Below, in pieces: positions 26,346 through 34,530 of a stretch of 64,000 bases of DNA; position 1 is the stretch's first letter, and the number at the start of each line of letters is the position of its first letter. Made by a program: the position numbers and the translations under genes. Below the pieces are notes generated by a model. That model saw only the letters and a program-made list of their open reading frames with translations. It did no database searches and was not told the DNA's origin. Source of the stretch: Candidatus Peribacteria bacterium (GTDB lineage: Bacteria > Patescibacteriota > Gracilibacteria > UBA1369 > 2-02-FULL-48-14); the NCBI GenBank assembly GCA_943357175.1, contig CALRGE010000001.1, positions 65,232-129,231 on the forward strand, written 5' to 3'.

Positions 26346-26903
26346 ATGGATTTTTTAAAGGCAGTTCAGGCGTTGCGGGAAGGGAAGGTTGTGGCTCATG
26401 CAACTGAAACTTGTTATGGTTTGGCTGTAGATATTTTTTCTCATGATGCTGTTTTGAGATTATATGACATGAAAAAGATGGATTTAGATAAGCCGGTGAG
26501 TATTTTATGTACTTCACTTGATGAGGCAAAGAAATACGGCGAATTTTCAGAAAAGGCGTTGAGTTTGGCAGAGAAATACTGGCCCGGGCCCCTTACGATT
26601 GTTGTGAGCAGGAAGGCGGCATTGCCTGTGTGGATAAATCCGGGTGTTTCTACGATAGGAATCAGAGTTAGTTCAAATGAAATAACTCGTGAATTAGTTG
26701 AAGGTTTTGGAGGTCCAATTACTACTACAAGTGCAAACATTCACGGTTTGCCCCAGGCTTATTCTGTTGATGAATTTGCTGAATTGAAACCAGATTTTAT
26801 TCTGGATAGTGGAAGGATCCCGCCAATTTCTCCTTCTACTATTGTTGAGGTGATAGGGGATAGTTTGAAAATAATTCGACAAGGTGATCTGAAGATTGGG
26901 TGA
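26346..26903 (+). CDS. tsaC: L-threonylcarbamoyladenylate synthase, YrdC/TsaC type
   Basis: Contains HATETCYGLAVD, KPVSILC, WPGPLTIVV and TTSANIHG, the characteristic YrdC-domain motifs. Confidence 0.85.
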   Translation: MDFLKAVQALREGKVVAHATETCYGLAVDIFSHDAVLRLYDMKKMDLDKPVSILCTSLDEAKKYGEFSEKALSLAEKYWPGPLTIVVSRKAALPVWINPGVSTIGIRVSSNEITRELVEGFGGPITTTSANIHGLPQAYSVDEFAELKPDFILDSGRIPPISPSTIVEVIGDSLKIIRQGDLKIG

Positions 26904-27194
26904 GTATCTGTGCGCCACTATATTTCGTGGCGACTTGCTTTAATGCACACAAAATCAGTTCATGGTGCACATTTTTTATACAACAGTGGGCGAAGCCCGC
27001 AAGTGCTTTTGCTCGACACATTGGTAGCACGAATTTCAGGTTATTTGAGGCTAAAAATCGAGTTTTATGCACACAATTTGTATGCACTATTTTGTGCTGT
27101 TTTGTAACAATCTAGAAGATTTTCTTGACGGACTTAATTCTCCGGAATACTTTTCTGTCACTTCCACGCTCGTTCAAAAAACTTATCCACTAGT
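26904..27194. other. 291-bp non-coding spacer with an array of TGCAC-core motifs and DnaA-box-like 9-mers
   Basis: ATGCACA at 26943, GGTGCACA at 26964, TTATGCACA at 27065-27073, TATGCAC at 27081, TTATCCACT at 27183-27191, and the palindromic TGTGCACA at 27194-27201 overlapping the rsmH GTG start. Hairpin CGCCAC/GTGGCG at ~26913-26934 just after the tsaC stop. No convincing ORF. Confidence 0.5.
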
Positions 27195-28106
27195 GTGCAC
27201 AAAACTTGCGCAACTCATGATCCGGTAATGCTTAAAGAGACAATAGAGTCTCTTAACCTTAAACCGGGCCAAATTGCCGTTGATTGTACGCTTGGATTAG
27301 GAGGACATTCCATCGAAATTCTTAAGGTAATCGGACCGAAAGGTTCACTATTCGCCTTTGAAAAAGATGAAAGAAATCTCGTGCCAGCAAAGGCGAGATT
27401 GGAAGAAGTCGCAGAAAACTTTGAAATTTTCCACGACTCATTTGCTTCTTTGAAAGATCGGCTCAGAGGGAAAGGCTGCGATCAAATTAACGCAATAATC
27501 TTTGATCTTGGACTCTCCTCCCCACATGTTGACCAACCCGAAAGAGGATTTTCTTTCAGAAAAGATGGTCCGCTCGATATGCGCTTTGATGCCTCCAAAG
27601 GTTTCACGGCCGCGGACATTCTTAATTCTTGGCCCGAAGAAAAAGTCGCTGAAATTTTCTGGAAATACGGAGAAGAAAGGAGATCTAGAAAATTGGCTAA
27701 GGCTGTAAAGATGCAAAAAATTCACACAACTCTCGAATTAGCGAGATTGGTGGAAAAAGTTCTCGGTGAAACTAGGGTGGCGGCAATATTTCAATCACTG
27801 CGAATCGCAGTGAATGAGGAACTAGAAGCTTTGGAGCTTGCTCTTACTCAAGCTATTGAGTTACTCGCTCCTCAAGGACGCGTGGTCGTGCTAAGTTATC
27901 ACTCTCTTGAAGACCGGATTGTAAAATCCATCTTCAAGCAATTTGCCACTGACCTCCGCGATCCAACTGATATATTTGGTGGCAGAGTCCTAAGACACAA
28001 AGTTCTTTCCCTCCTGAGCAAAAAACCGATCTTACCTTCGCAAGAAGAAGTAAACATAAACCCTAGAGCAAGAAGCGCAAAAATGCGCGTAGCAGAAAAA
28101 CTATGA
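27195..28106 (+). CDS. rsmH: 16S rRNA (cytosine1402-N4)-methyltransferase RsmH
   Basis: Contains HDPVML, DCTLGLGGHS, FDLGLSSPHVDQPERGFSF, SYHSLEDRIVK and NPRARSAKMRV. The start is GTG. Confidence 0.9.
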   Translation: MHKTCATHDPVMLKETIESLNLKPGQIAVDCTLGLGGHSIEILKVIGPKGSLFAFEKDERNLVPAKARLEEVAENFEIFHDSFASLKDRLRGKGCDQINAIIFDLGLSSPHVDQPERGFSFRKDGPLDMRFDASKGFTAADILNSWPEEKVAEIFWKYGEERRSRKLAKAVKMQKIHTTLELARLVEKVLGETRVAAIFQSLRIAVNEELEALELALTQAIELLAPQGRVVVLSYHSLEDRIVKSIFKQFATDLRDPTDIFGGRVLRHKVLSLLSKKPILPSQEEVNINPRARSAKMRVAEKL

Positions 28107-28417
28107 ACAATTTCATCTCAAAATTAGAAGAATTCAATCCTGTGTATATAGGATCAACACTCCTTGTTGCAGCGGTTCTGATGGGAGCATTCTCAATGAC
28201 TTCGCTCAATGAAAAAGCAACAAAAGGTTATCAAGTTAACAAGCTTGAGGCTGAAAGGCAGGATCTAGTTCGAGATGGTGAGATTACAGATATGTTAAAT
28301 TTAAGAGCAAGATCACTTGAATCAATAAAAGAGACAGACAGGGTTTCAGCAATGGTGAAGCCTGGCTTTGAACAGATTGTGTATGTTTCACCAATTACTG
28401 TAGTGGCTCAAAGGTAA
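28103..28417 (+). CDS. FtsL-like single-pass coiled-coil protein
   Basis: 104 aa. TM segment YIGSTLLVAAVLMGAF followed by a coiled coil. Sits in the conserved position right after rsmH, with a 4-nt overlap. Confidence 0.5.
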   Translation: MNNFISKLEEFNPVYIGSTLLVAAVLMGAFSMTSLNEKATKGYQVNKLEAERQDLVRDGEITDMLNLRARSLESIKETDRVSAMVKPGFEQIVYVSPITVVAQR

Positions 28418-28490
28418 ATTACGAAACCCAATTTTTGGGGTTAAGGGGAAATCGCATAAAGCTCGCTGAAAGGCGGGTTTTATGTTGGGA

Positions 28491-28519
28491 TTGACAAAAA
28501 TAAAGTAATGCTGAATAAT
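28491..28519 (+). promoter_or_regulatory. sigma70-like promoter for the 28547 gene
   Basis: TTGACA (28491-28496), 17-nt spacer, AATAAT (28514-28519). Confidence 0.4.
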
Positions 28520-28546
28520 GCCGTCTTAAATTTATAAATTTTTATT

Positions 28547-29593
28547 ATGACAAACGTAGACGATAAGTTAAAAGATTTACCATCAGGAGAAGTTCCAGGA
28601 AAGACGGGTGATGTGAAATATGATGTTTTAGCGAATGAAATCAGGCAGCTTAAGAGCAAGGGTAGAAGACAAGCTATGGCTTTATTTTTGACTTTAGCAG
28701 GTGGAGTCGCTTATTTAGCGAAAGATACGGTTGAAGGTGCTGCACTTTCACGACTTGATTCTGCTATGGATGGGATTGAGGAGGCTGATGCAGTAAAACT
28801 TGATAAGATTGAGGCAGATTTAATTTCAACATCTGATAAAGCTACAGCTACTAGCCTGGCATCTAGAGCTAAAATTGAAGCAGCTGCATCTCAGGAAGCT
28901 ATCGATTTTGCTGCTATGCATGAAACTTATATTGAAAATATTGTTGAAGAATCAAAAGAGAAAGTTGTAGATTTACAATCTGAAGATGCTTCAAGGACTG
29001 CAGATTTGATACTGAAAAAAGAGGTGGAAATTGCAGCTATAGTAAAAAAATATGCTGATTTGGAATCTAAAATTCATGAAGAAATTGCAGGTAAAATCAC
29101 TGAAGTTAAAGTGCAATCTTCACTTGATTTGATTGAAATTGAGAATACTCCACAGAATATTGAGTCAAAGAAACTTAGTGATTTAGCTGCAGTCGATTCA
29201 AGTTTAGAATCTGTTTTGGGATCTGCTCAATTTGAGGCTGAAAAGGGAAAGAAACTTGTTACTGAAAATCCAAATACAGCATTCTCAAAATCAGTGAATT
29301 CTACCTTAGAGGCAGGCTTGGGCTGGGTAACAGGTGTTAGACGTTTTCAAGGTGATTCAACAATTACAGAAATGATTGATTGTAAGGGTGACAAAAACAC
29401 AGTTATTCTTGTAACTTGTGAAGATGGTCAGGCTATTCCATCTCCTGAAGATGCTGGTCCATATAGCAGTTCAGTTTCAACAAATGCAGAAGGTTTGCAC
29501 AATGTAAGAGTGCCTGGTTTCAAAAAATTTGATGCCGACGCTCTATGTGAAGATGTCGATGGCAAATGGGCTGTTAAGCTAGAGCAAAACTAA
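28547..29593 (+). CDS. hypothetical single-pass membrane protein with a long coiled-coil ectodomain
   Basis: 348 aa. TM segment AMALFLTLAGGVAYLA. Ala/Glu/Lys-rich helical region. Cys-containing C-terminal globular part. Confidence 0.55.
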   Translation: MTNVDDKLKDLPSGEVPGKTGDVKYDVLANEIRQLKSKGRRQAMALFLTLAGGVAYLAKDTVEGAALSRLDSAMDGIEEADAVKLDKIEADLISTSDKATATSLASRAKIEAAASQEAIDFAAMHETYIENIVEESKEKVVDLQSEDASRTADLILKKEVEIAAIVKKYADLESKIHEEIAGKITEVKVQSSLDLIEIENTPQNIESKKLSDLAAVDSSLESVLGSAQFEAEKGKKLVTENPNTAFSKSVNSTLEAGLGWVTGVRRFQGDSTITEMIDCKGDKNTVILVTCEDGQAIPSPEDAGPYSSSVSTNAEGLHNVRVPGFKKFDADALCEDVDGKWAVKLEQN

Positions 29594-30144
29594 TCCTCGT
29601 TAGGATAAGTTGTTGTTCCTTTTATATAAGGCTTTGGTGCTGGTGCAGGTTCATCTAGTTGTGGGCCAAATGGAACTATCCTGCTTGGTGCTTGGGTAGG
29701 TGCTGGAGGAGCAGTTTCCGGCCAAGGCAGTAAATCTACGCTTATTCTAGTTCCAATTTTCATTACGCCGTTTACAACTGAAATCTTCTCTCCCGGTTTT
29801 ACAGTATTAATATCGATATTTTTGTTTACGTTCATGTAAGTAAGGCTGTATAGGAACAAGTCATTATTTTTTGCGAAAGTGGGTATTTTTTTTAGAATTG
29901 CGCCAATTGTGTCGTTAGACTGTATTGTATATTGCTTCATTTCAAAGTCTTTTCTCGGGTAGCTGCTCGCTTTTAACTGAGTATCGAGTTTTTCAAAAAT
30001 CTCCTTTTTTAAAACTTGAAGTTTCTTCATATAACTCTGAGCTTCGTTTGTCTGTTTTCCACTTTCAACCCATGAACTTGGTTTTTCTAGGTATACTCTG
30101 CCAGCTGGACTTTCGAAGTGGATTTTATGTTTTAGGTATGTCAT
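29590..30144 (-). CDS. hypothetical protein with a LysM-like segment and a Pro-rich C-terminus
   Basis: 184 aa. YTIQSNDTIGAILKKI...VNKNIDINTVKPGEKISV. C-terminal PAPTQAPSRIVPFGPQLDEPAPAPKP. Confidence 0.45.
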   Translation of the reverse strand: MTYLKHKIHFESPAGRVYLEKPSSWVESGKQTNEAQSYMKKLQVLKKEIFEKLDTQLKASSYPRKDFEMKQYTIQSNDTIGAILKKIPTFAKNNDLFLYSLTYMNVNKNIDINTVKPGEKISVVNGVMKIGTRISVDLLPWPETAPPAPTQAPSRIVPFGPQLDEPAPAPKPYIKGTTTYPNED

Positions 30145-30152
30145 TTCCGTTT

Positions 30153-30761
30153 TTAAATCTTGGTATTATACCATGATTTAAACCATTCTACAATGGGTGG
30201 CAAAGTCGATAAAATAATTATTCCGAAAATTACCATCGTAAGGTTATCTGCTATTATCGGCACATTCCCAAAAAAATAACCTGCTAATCCGAAAAGAAAT
30301 ACCCATGTTAGACCACCTGTGATGTTGTAAAAGATGAAGTTTTTGTAATCCATTTTGCCGGCACCTGCAACAAATGGCGCGATTGTTCTTACGATAGGCA
30401 CAAATCTTGCCATGAAGATTGCTTTTTTGCCGTAGCGGTCGAAAAATTGCTGCGTTTTTTCCAGATATTCTTTTTTGATTATACGGTTGCCTGTTTTAAA
30501 ATACGCTCCTGCGAAGTAGTTGAGTGTGTCTCCTGCAATTGCTGCGATTGAAAGCAGAAAAAGTATCCATCCGATAGAGAGCGAGCCTTTTGCCGCAAAA
30601 GTACCGGCAATAAACAGCAGAGAATCTCCAGGTAAAAGTGGCATAATAACCAGACCTGTTTCACACAGTATTATAAGGAAAAGAAACAGATATGTGAGTG
30701 TGCCGTAATTTTCAATAACGATTCCTAAGTAGCGGTCAAAGTGGAGAATGAAGTCGATCAT
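30153..30761 (-). CDS. DedA family membrane protein
   Basis: Contains LPGDSLLFIAG, GDTLNYFAG and ARFVPIVRTIAPFVAG. Confidence 0.85.
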   Translation of the reverse strand: MIDFILHFDRYLGIVIENYGTLTYLFLFLIILCETGLVIMPLLPGDSLLFIAGTFAAKGSLSIGWILFLLSIAAIAGDTLNYFAGAYFKTGNRIIKKEYLEKTQQFFDRYGKKAIFMARFVPIVRTIAPFVAGAGKMDYKNFIFYNITGGLTWVFLFGLAGYFFGNVPIIADNLTMVIFGIIILSTLPPIVEWFKSWYNTKI

Positions 30762-30971
30762 GGCTGTACTTTAGCAGGTGAGTAAGGTTGATTGCTAATG
30801 GAAAAATGATTCGATCACTACGAGATTAATGACGCGCCGTTGACAGATTAATGAAAAGTTGCATTCGAAGTCCTCGCGCCCTAAATTTGCAAAAGTGTTC
30901 CCGCTGGCGGGGGATTTGCGGTTTTGACAAATACGCAAATATAGTATATTTTAGTATCTTGCTAAAATTCT

Positions 30972-33488
30972 ATGCACTATTGCTACCTGAAAAACGATTT
31001 AAGAGGCTTCATTACTTCTTTGCAAAAAGGTGAATTCGATTTAAGTCTTGAACAACAGTATGAGCTCGCTCAAATCTCAGATGAGATACAAGGTCAAAAG
31101 CATTCCGTCAGACTGCGCATTTTTACCACTCATATAATTGAATCTGATAATTCAAGTTTAGCTTCTTTATTTGAATCATACAATGAACGAGTACATGCCA
31201 TCTCTGATGCACATTTCAAAGCTTCTGACACATTAAAAACACGCAAGAAATTTGCAGGACTTGATGAGATAAATGAGTTATATTACAAAGATTCGATGAA
31301 GATTAGAGCAGACTTGGAAGCCTTTGCGAAAGTAAGTGGGAAAAATGTTCTTGAGCTAAGCACCACTGATTATCCGAACGAGGCAATTTGTTCAAATGGA
31401 AAGAGTGTCAAATTTCAGCTATACATAAGCCGCGCTAGGGTGGCCTTGTGTCTTGCAAATAATATTACTGAAGCACATTCCAAAGGTTCTGATACTGTAA
31501 AGTCACTCAAGAAATTGGCGGGATTTTATGAGAGGGATGAGTTATATTACAAAGATCCTGTGAAAGTTAAAGCTGACTTAGAGGCTTTTGCTCAGGTGTG
31601 TGGGAAGAGCGTGTTCGCATTAAATACTAGCGATGACGGCGTTGAGGCAATCTGTTCAAATGGAGAGAGTGTTAAATTTGGTACATACGTAAAGAATGCA
31701 GGGGTGCCTCTGGGACTTGCAAATAATTATATTGAAGCAAAGACCAAAATGGCAGGTACTTTAACAACACTTAAGAGATTAGCTGGAGTTGATGTGATTG
31801 ATTTGAAAGAGCACGATAAGAGGGATGAGTTATATTACAAAGATCCCGTGAAGGTGAAAGCTGACTTAGAATCATTTGCGAAAGCATGTGGTAAAAATAT
31901 TCTTGAATTAAATGCTAGCGATCATGCTACTGAGATAATTTGTGCAAATGGAAAGAGTATGAAATTTCTGAGCTACATAAAAAATGCCGGAGTGGCTCAT
32001 GGGCTTGCAATAAATACTAGTGATCCAAGAGCTAAATCGGTAGAAACTTTGAATATACTAAAGAGATTAGCAGGCATGGAAATTGAAGAATATATTAAGA
32101 GGGATGATTCGTACTATAATGACACAAAGACTGTAAAGGCTGATATGGAAGCCTTTGGGAAAGTATGTGGCAAAAGTGTTTTTGAGTTAAATAGTAGTGA
32201 TTATGTTGCTGAAGTAATCTGTCTAAATGGAGAAAAGGTTAGATTACGAAGATATCTAATTAATGCTGGAGTGGCGCTAGGAATTGCAAAGGATTCGACC
32301 GATGCCCAGTCCAAAATAGTAGAAATACTAATAGCCCTCAAGAAATTGTCTGGGTTAGATATTAAAGGATATAAGGAATATGATGAGAGGAATGAGTTAT
32401 ATTACAAAGATCCTGTGAAAGTTAAAGCTGATATGGAAGCTTTTGCGCAAGTATGTGGGAAAAGTGCTGTTACATTATGTACAGGTGATCAAGATGCTTC
32501 TGTTGAGGCAATTTGTTCAAATGGAGAAAGAGTTAAATTCCGGACATATATAAGAAATGCCGCTGTAGCTATGAGTCTTGTAGAAAAGTATATTGATGTA
32601 GACTCCAAAAAAGCAGAGACATTAAAAATACTCAAGAATTTGGCGGGATTAGATGTTAAAGGATATAAGGAATATGATAAGAGGGATGAGTTATATTACA
32701 AAGATCCCGTGAAGGTGAAAGCTGACTTAGAATCATTTGCGAAAGTATGTAGAAAGAATTTTCTAGAATTAAATGCCAGCGATGACGGTATTGAGGCGAT
32801 TTGTGCAAATGGAGAGAGTGTTAAATTTAAGACGTACATATGCAACGCAGGGGTGGTTTTGGGGCTGGCTGGGGATACAATCGATGCGAGGGTAAAAAAA
32901 GTACAGATATTAAAAGTACTAAAGAAATTCGCAGGAGCTGATGAAAGAGATGAGTTATATTATGTAGATTCAAAGAAGGTTAGAGCTGACTTGGAATCTT
33001 TTGCAAATGTATGTAGGAAAAATGCCCTTCAATTAAGTACAAGTGACTATGCGCTTGAGGCAATTTGTACAAACGGAGAGAGTGTTAAATTTATGACTTA
33101 CATATACAATGCTGGAGTCACTCTGGGGTTGGCAGTGAATACAATTGATGCGAGTGCTAAAAAAGTAGTGATATTAAAGGCACTCAAGAAATTGGCTGGA
33201 TTTGATGTTAAAGAATATGATGTGAGGGACGATCTATATTACAATGATTCGAAGAGAGTTAGAGCTGACTTGGAAGCTTTTGCACAAGTATGTGGAAAAA
33301 GTGCAGTTACCTTAAGTACAGCTGATCAAGATGCTTCTGTTGTGGCAATTTGTACAAACGGAGAGAGTGTTAAATTTGGTACATATATAAGGAATGCTGG
33401 TGTGGCTTTTGGGCTTGCTGAGAATTCTAAAGGTGCCTCCTGCTCCACTGCATCAATTCTTCAATTACTGAAAAAAATTGCATTGTAA
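30972..33488 (+). CDS. orphan tandem-repeat protein (8 full units of ~88-98 aa); no signal peptide
   Basis: 838 aa. The repeat consensus is RDELYYKDPVKVKADLEAFAxVCGKxxxxLxxSDxxxEAICxNGESVKFxTYIxNAGVxLGLAxNxIDAxxKxxxxLKxLKKLAG. Confidence 0.75.
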   Translation: MHYCYLKNDLRGFITSLQKGEFDLSLEQQYELAQISDEIQGQKHSVRLRIFTTHIIESDNSSLASLFESYNERVHAISDAHFKASDTLKTRKKFAGLDEINELYYKDSMKIRADLEAFAKVSGKNVLELSTTDYPNEAICSNGKSVKFQLYISRARVALCLANNITEAHSKGSDTVKSLKKLAGFYERDELYYKDPVKVKADLEAFAQVCGKSVFALNTSDDGVEAICSNGESVKFGTYVKNAGVPLGLANNYIEAKTKMAGTLTTLKRLAGVDVIDLKEHDKRDELYYKDPVKVKADLESFAKACGKNILELNASDHATEIICANGKSMKFLSYIKNAGVAHGLAINTSDPRAKSVETLNILKRLAGMEIEEYIKRDDSYYNDTKTVKADMEAFGKVCGKSVFELNSSDYVAEVICLNGEKVRLRRYLINAGVALGIAKDSTDAQSKIVEILIALKKLSGLDIKGYKEYDERNELYYKDPVKVKADMEAFAQVCGKSAVTLCTGDQDASVEAICSNGERVKFRTYIRNAAVAMSLVEKYIDVDSKKAETLKILKNLAGLDVKGYKEYDKRDELYYKDPVKVKADLESFAKVCRKNFLELNASDDGIEAICANGESVKFKTYICNAGVVLGLAGDTIDARVKKVQILKVLKKFAGADERDELYYVDSKKVRADLESFANVCRKNALQLSTSDYALEAICTNGESVKFMTYIYNAGVTLGLAVNTIDASAKKVVILKALKKLAGFDVKEYDVRDDLYYNDSKRVRADLEAFAQVCGKSAVTLSTADQDASVVAICTNGESVKFGTYIRNAGVAFGLAENSKGASCSTASILQLLKKIAL
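31206..33488 (+). repeat. in-frame tandem coding repeat array (~260-290 bp units) with long identical DNA stretches
   Basis: A 70-bp perfect repeat occurs at 31815-31884 and 32676-32745. A ~40-bp identical stretch occurs at ~31546 and ~32392 (ATGAGTTATATTACAAAGATCCTGTGAAAGTTAAAGCTGA). Confidence 0.9.
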
Positions 33489-33594
33489 TCCTGCAATTCA
33501 GTATAGACACGATGTTCGCGATAGAGTTTTGAAAGCGGCGGGCTTGAAATAGGCAGGGTGTGGCGCTAAAATGCCGGTACCTTAAACCCAAAAT

Positions 33595-34530
33595 ATGGAC
33601 AATAAACTCAGATTTTTTCAGAAAGCGGCTTTTAGTACAGGTGAGATTTCGAATGTTGAGAAATTTGTACGTGCGAGTGGAACAAGTTTGATTTTGCCTT
33701 ACGATCAGTTTATTGAGCATGATAATCGTCATGCTGATGTGGGAAATGGTAGTGATGATCCGGATTTTATTATGAAATTGGCTGTTGATGGTGGATACAA
33801 CGCGGTTGCGGTTCACTATGGCGTGGCAAAGAGATATTGGGCGAAGTTAGGCGGGAAAATTCCTCTAATTTTGAAATTAAACGGAAAGACTTCATTCCCG
33901 TCACAAGCTAATGCGCTTTCAGTGCACACTTCTTGGGTTGAGGATGCGGTGAAAATCGGTGCGGCTGGAGTTGGTTATACAATGTATTATGGAAGTCCTG
34001 CGCAAAATTTAGATTTACCACAGCTTGCGCGAGTGAGATCAGATTGTGAAGAGGCTGGTTTGCCACTCATTGTTTGGGCTTACCCACGTGGAACTGCAGT
34101 TGATGCGAAGGGTGGAAAAGAAGGTCCTTATGCGGTTCAATCAGCAGTAAGAATGGCGATGGAAATGGGCGCAACAATTATTAAGGCGAATTTACCTGAG
34201 CCAATGAAACAGGAAGATTTTGATAACAAGGAAATTCCAGACTTTTTCAAAAAACAGGAGAAGGAAATTCAGGCGATGAGCAATCCTTTTGAGCAGAAAA
34301 AAGCGCGAGCTACTTTGGTGGTAAAGGCGGCGCAGGGAATTCCAGTTCTATTCAGCGGAGGCTCAAAAATTTCAGATGAAGATTTGCTTCAGAACGCGAA
34401 AGTTTGTTTGGAATCAGGTGGATTTGGATTTATTTTCGGAAGGAATATGTGGAAGAGAGAGCCAGCTGATGCTCTAGTTATTACTAAGAAACTTCAGGAT
34501 CTACTTGATGCTCCTAAACCTCAATTTTAA
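33595..34530 (+). CDS. class I fructose-bisphosphate aldolase (DhnA/FbaB, archaeal-type family)
   Basis: LILPYDQFIEH, VWAYPRG, the candidate Schiff-base Lys region GATIIKANLP and FSGGSK. Translationally coupled (TAATG) to the FBPase gene. Confidence 0.7.
   Translation: MDNKLRFFQKAAFSTGEISNVEKFVRASGTSLILPYDQFIEHDNRHADVGNGSDDPDFIMKLAVDGGYNAVAVHYGVAKRYWAKLGGKIPLILKLNGKTSFPSQANALSVHTSWVEDAVKIGAAGVGYTMYYGSPAQNLDLPQLARVRSDCEEAGLPLIVWAYPRGTAVDAKGGKEGPYAVQSAVRMAMEMGATIIKANLPEPMKQEDFDNKEIPDFFKKQEKEIQAMSNPFEQKKARATLVVKAAQGIPVLFSGGSKISDEDLLQNAKVCLESGGFGFIFGRNMWKREPADALVITKKLQDLLDAPKPQF

Noticed and set aside
26302-26529. N-terminal 76-81 codons of the 1370-aa ORF (MPHQVKYIKYSPAYLNPSFSCHIISKQHH...).
   Set aside because: This stretch overlaps the well-supported divergent tsaC gene by up to 184 nt and looks non-protein-like. 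Internal ATGs at 26301 and 26286 give a sensible start (MGNIKIIDRRED...).
26839-27115. Three overlapping ORFs (26839-27087 minus, 26900-27115 plus, 26910-27107 plus) in the tsaC-rsmH spacer, and the idea of an mraZ remnant.
   Set aside because: They are Cys/Phe-rich nonsense-like peptides that are mutually exclusive. None resembles MraZ. The region is better treated as non-coding.
31206-33488. A periodic repeat array that could be mistaken for a CRISPR array or a DGR template/variable repeat pair.
   Set aside because: The units are ~260-290 bp, in frame and uninterrupted within one long ORF. There are no short direct repeats with unique spacers, no cas genes and no reverse transcriptase in the window.
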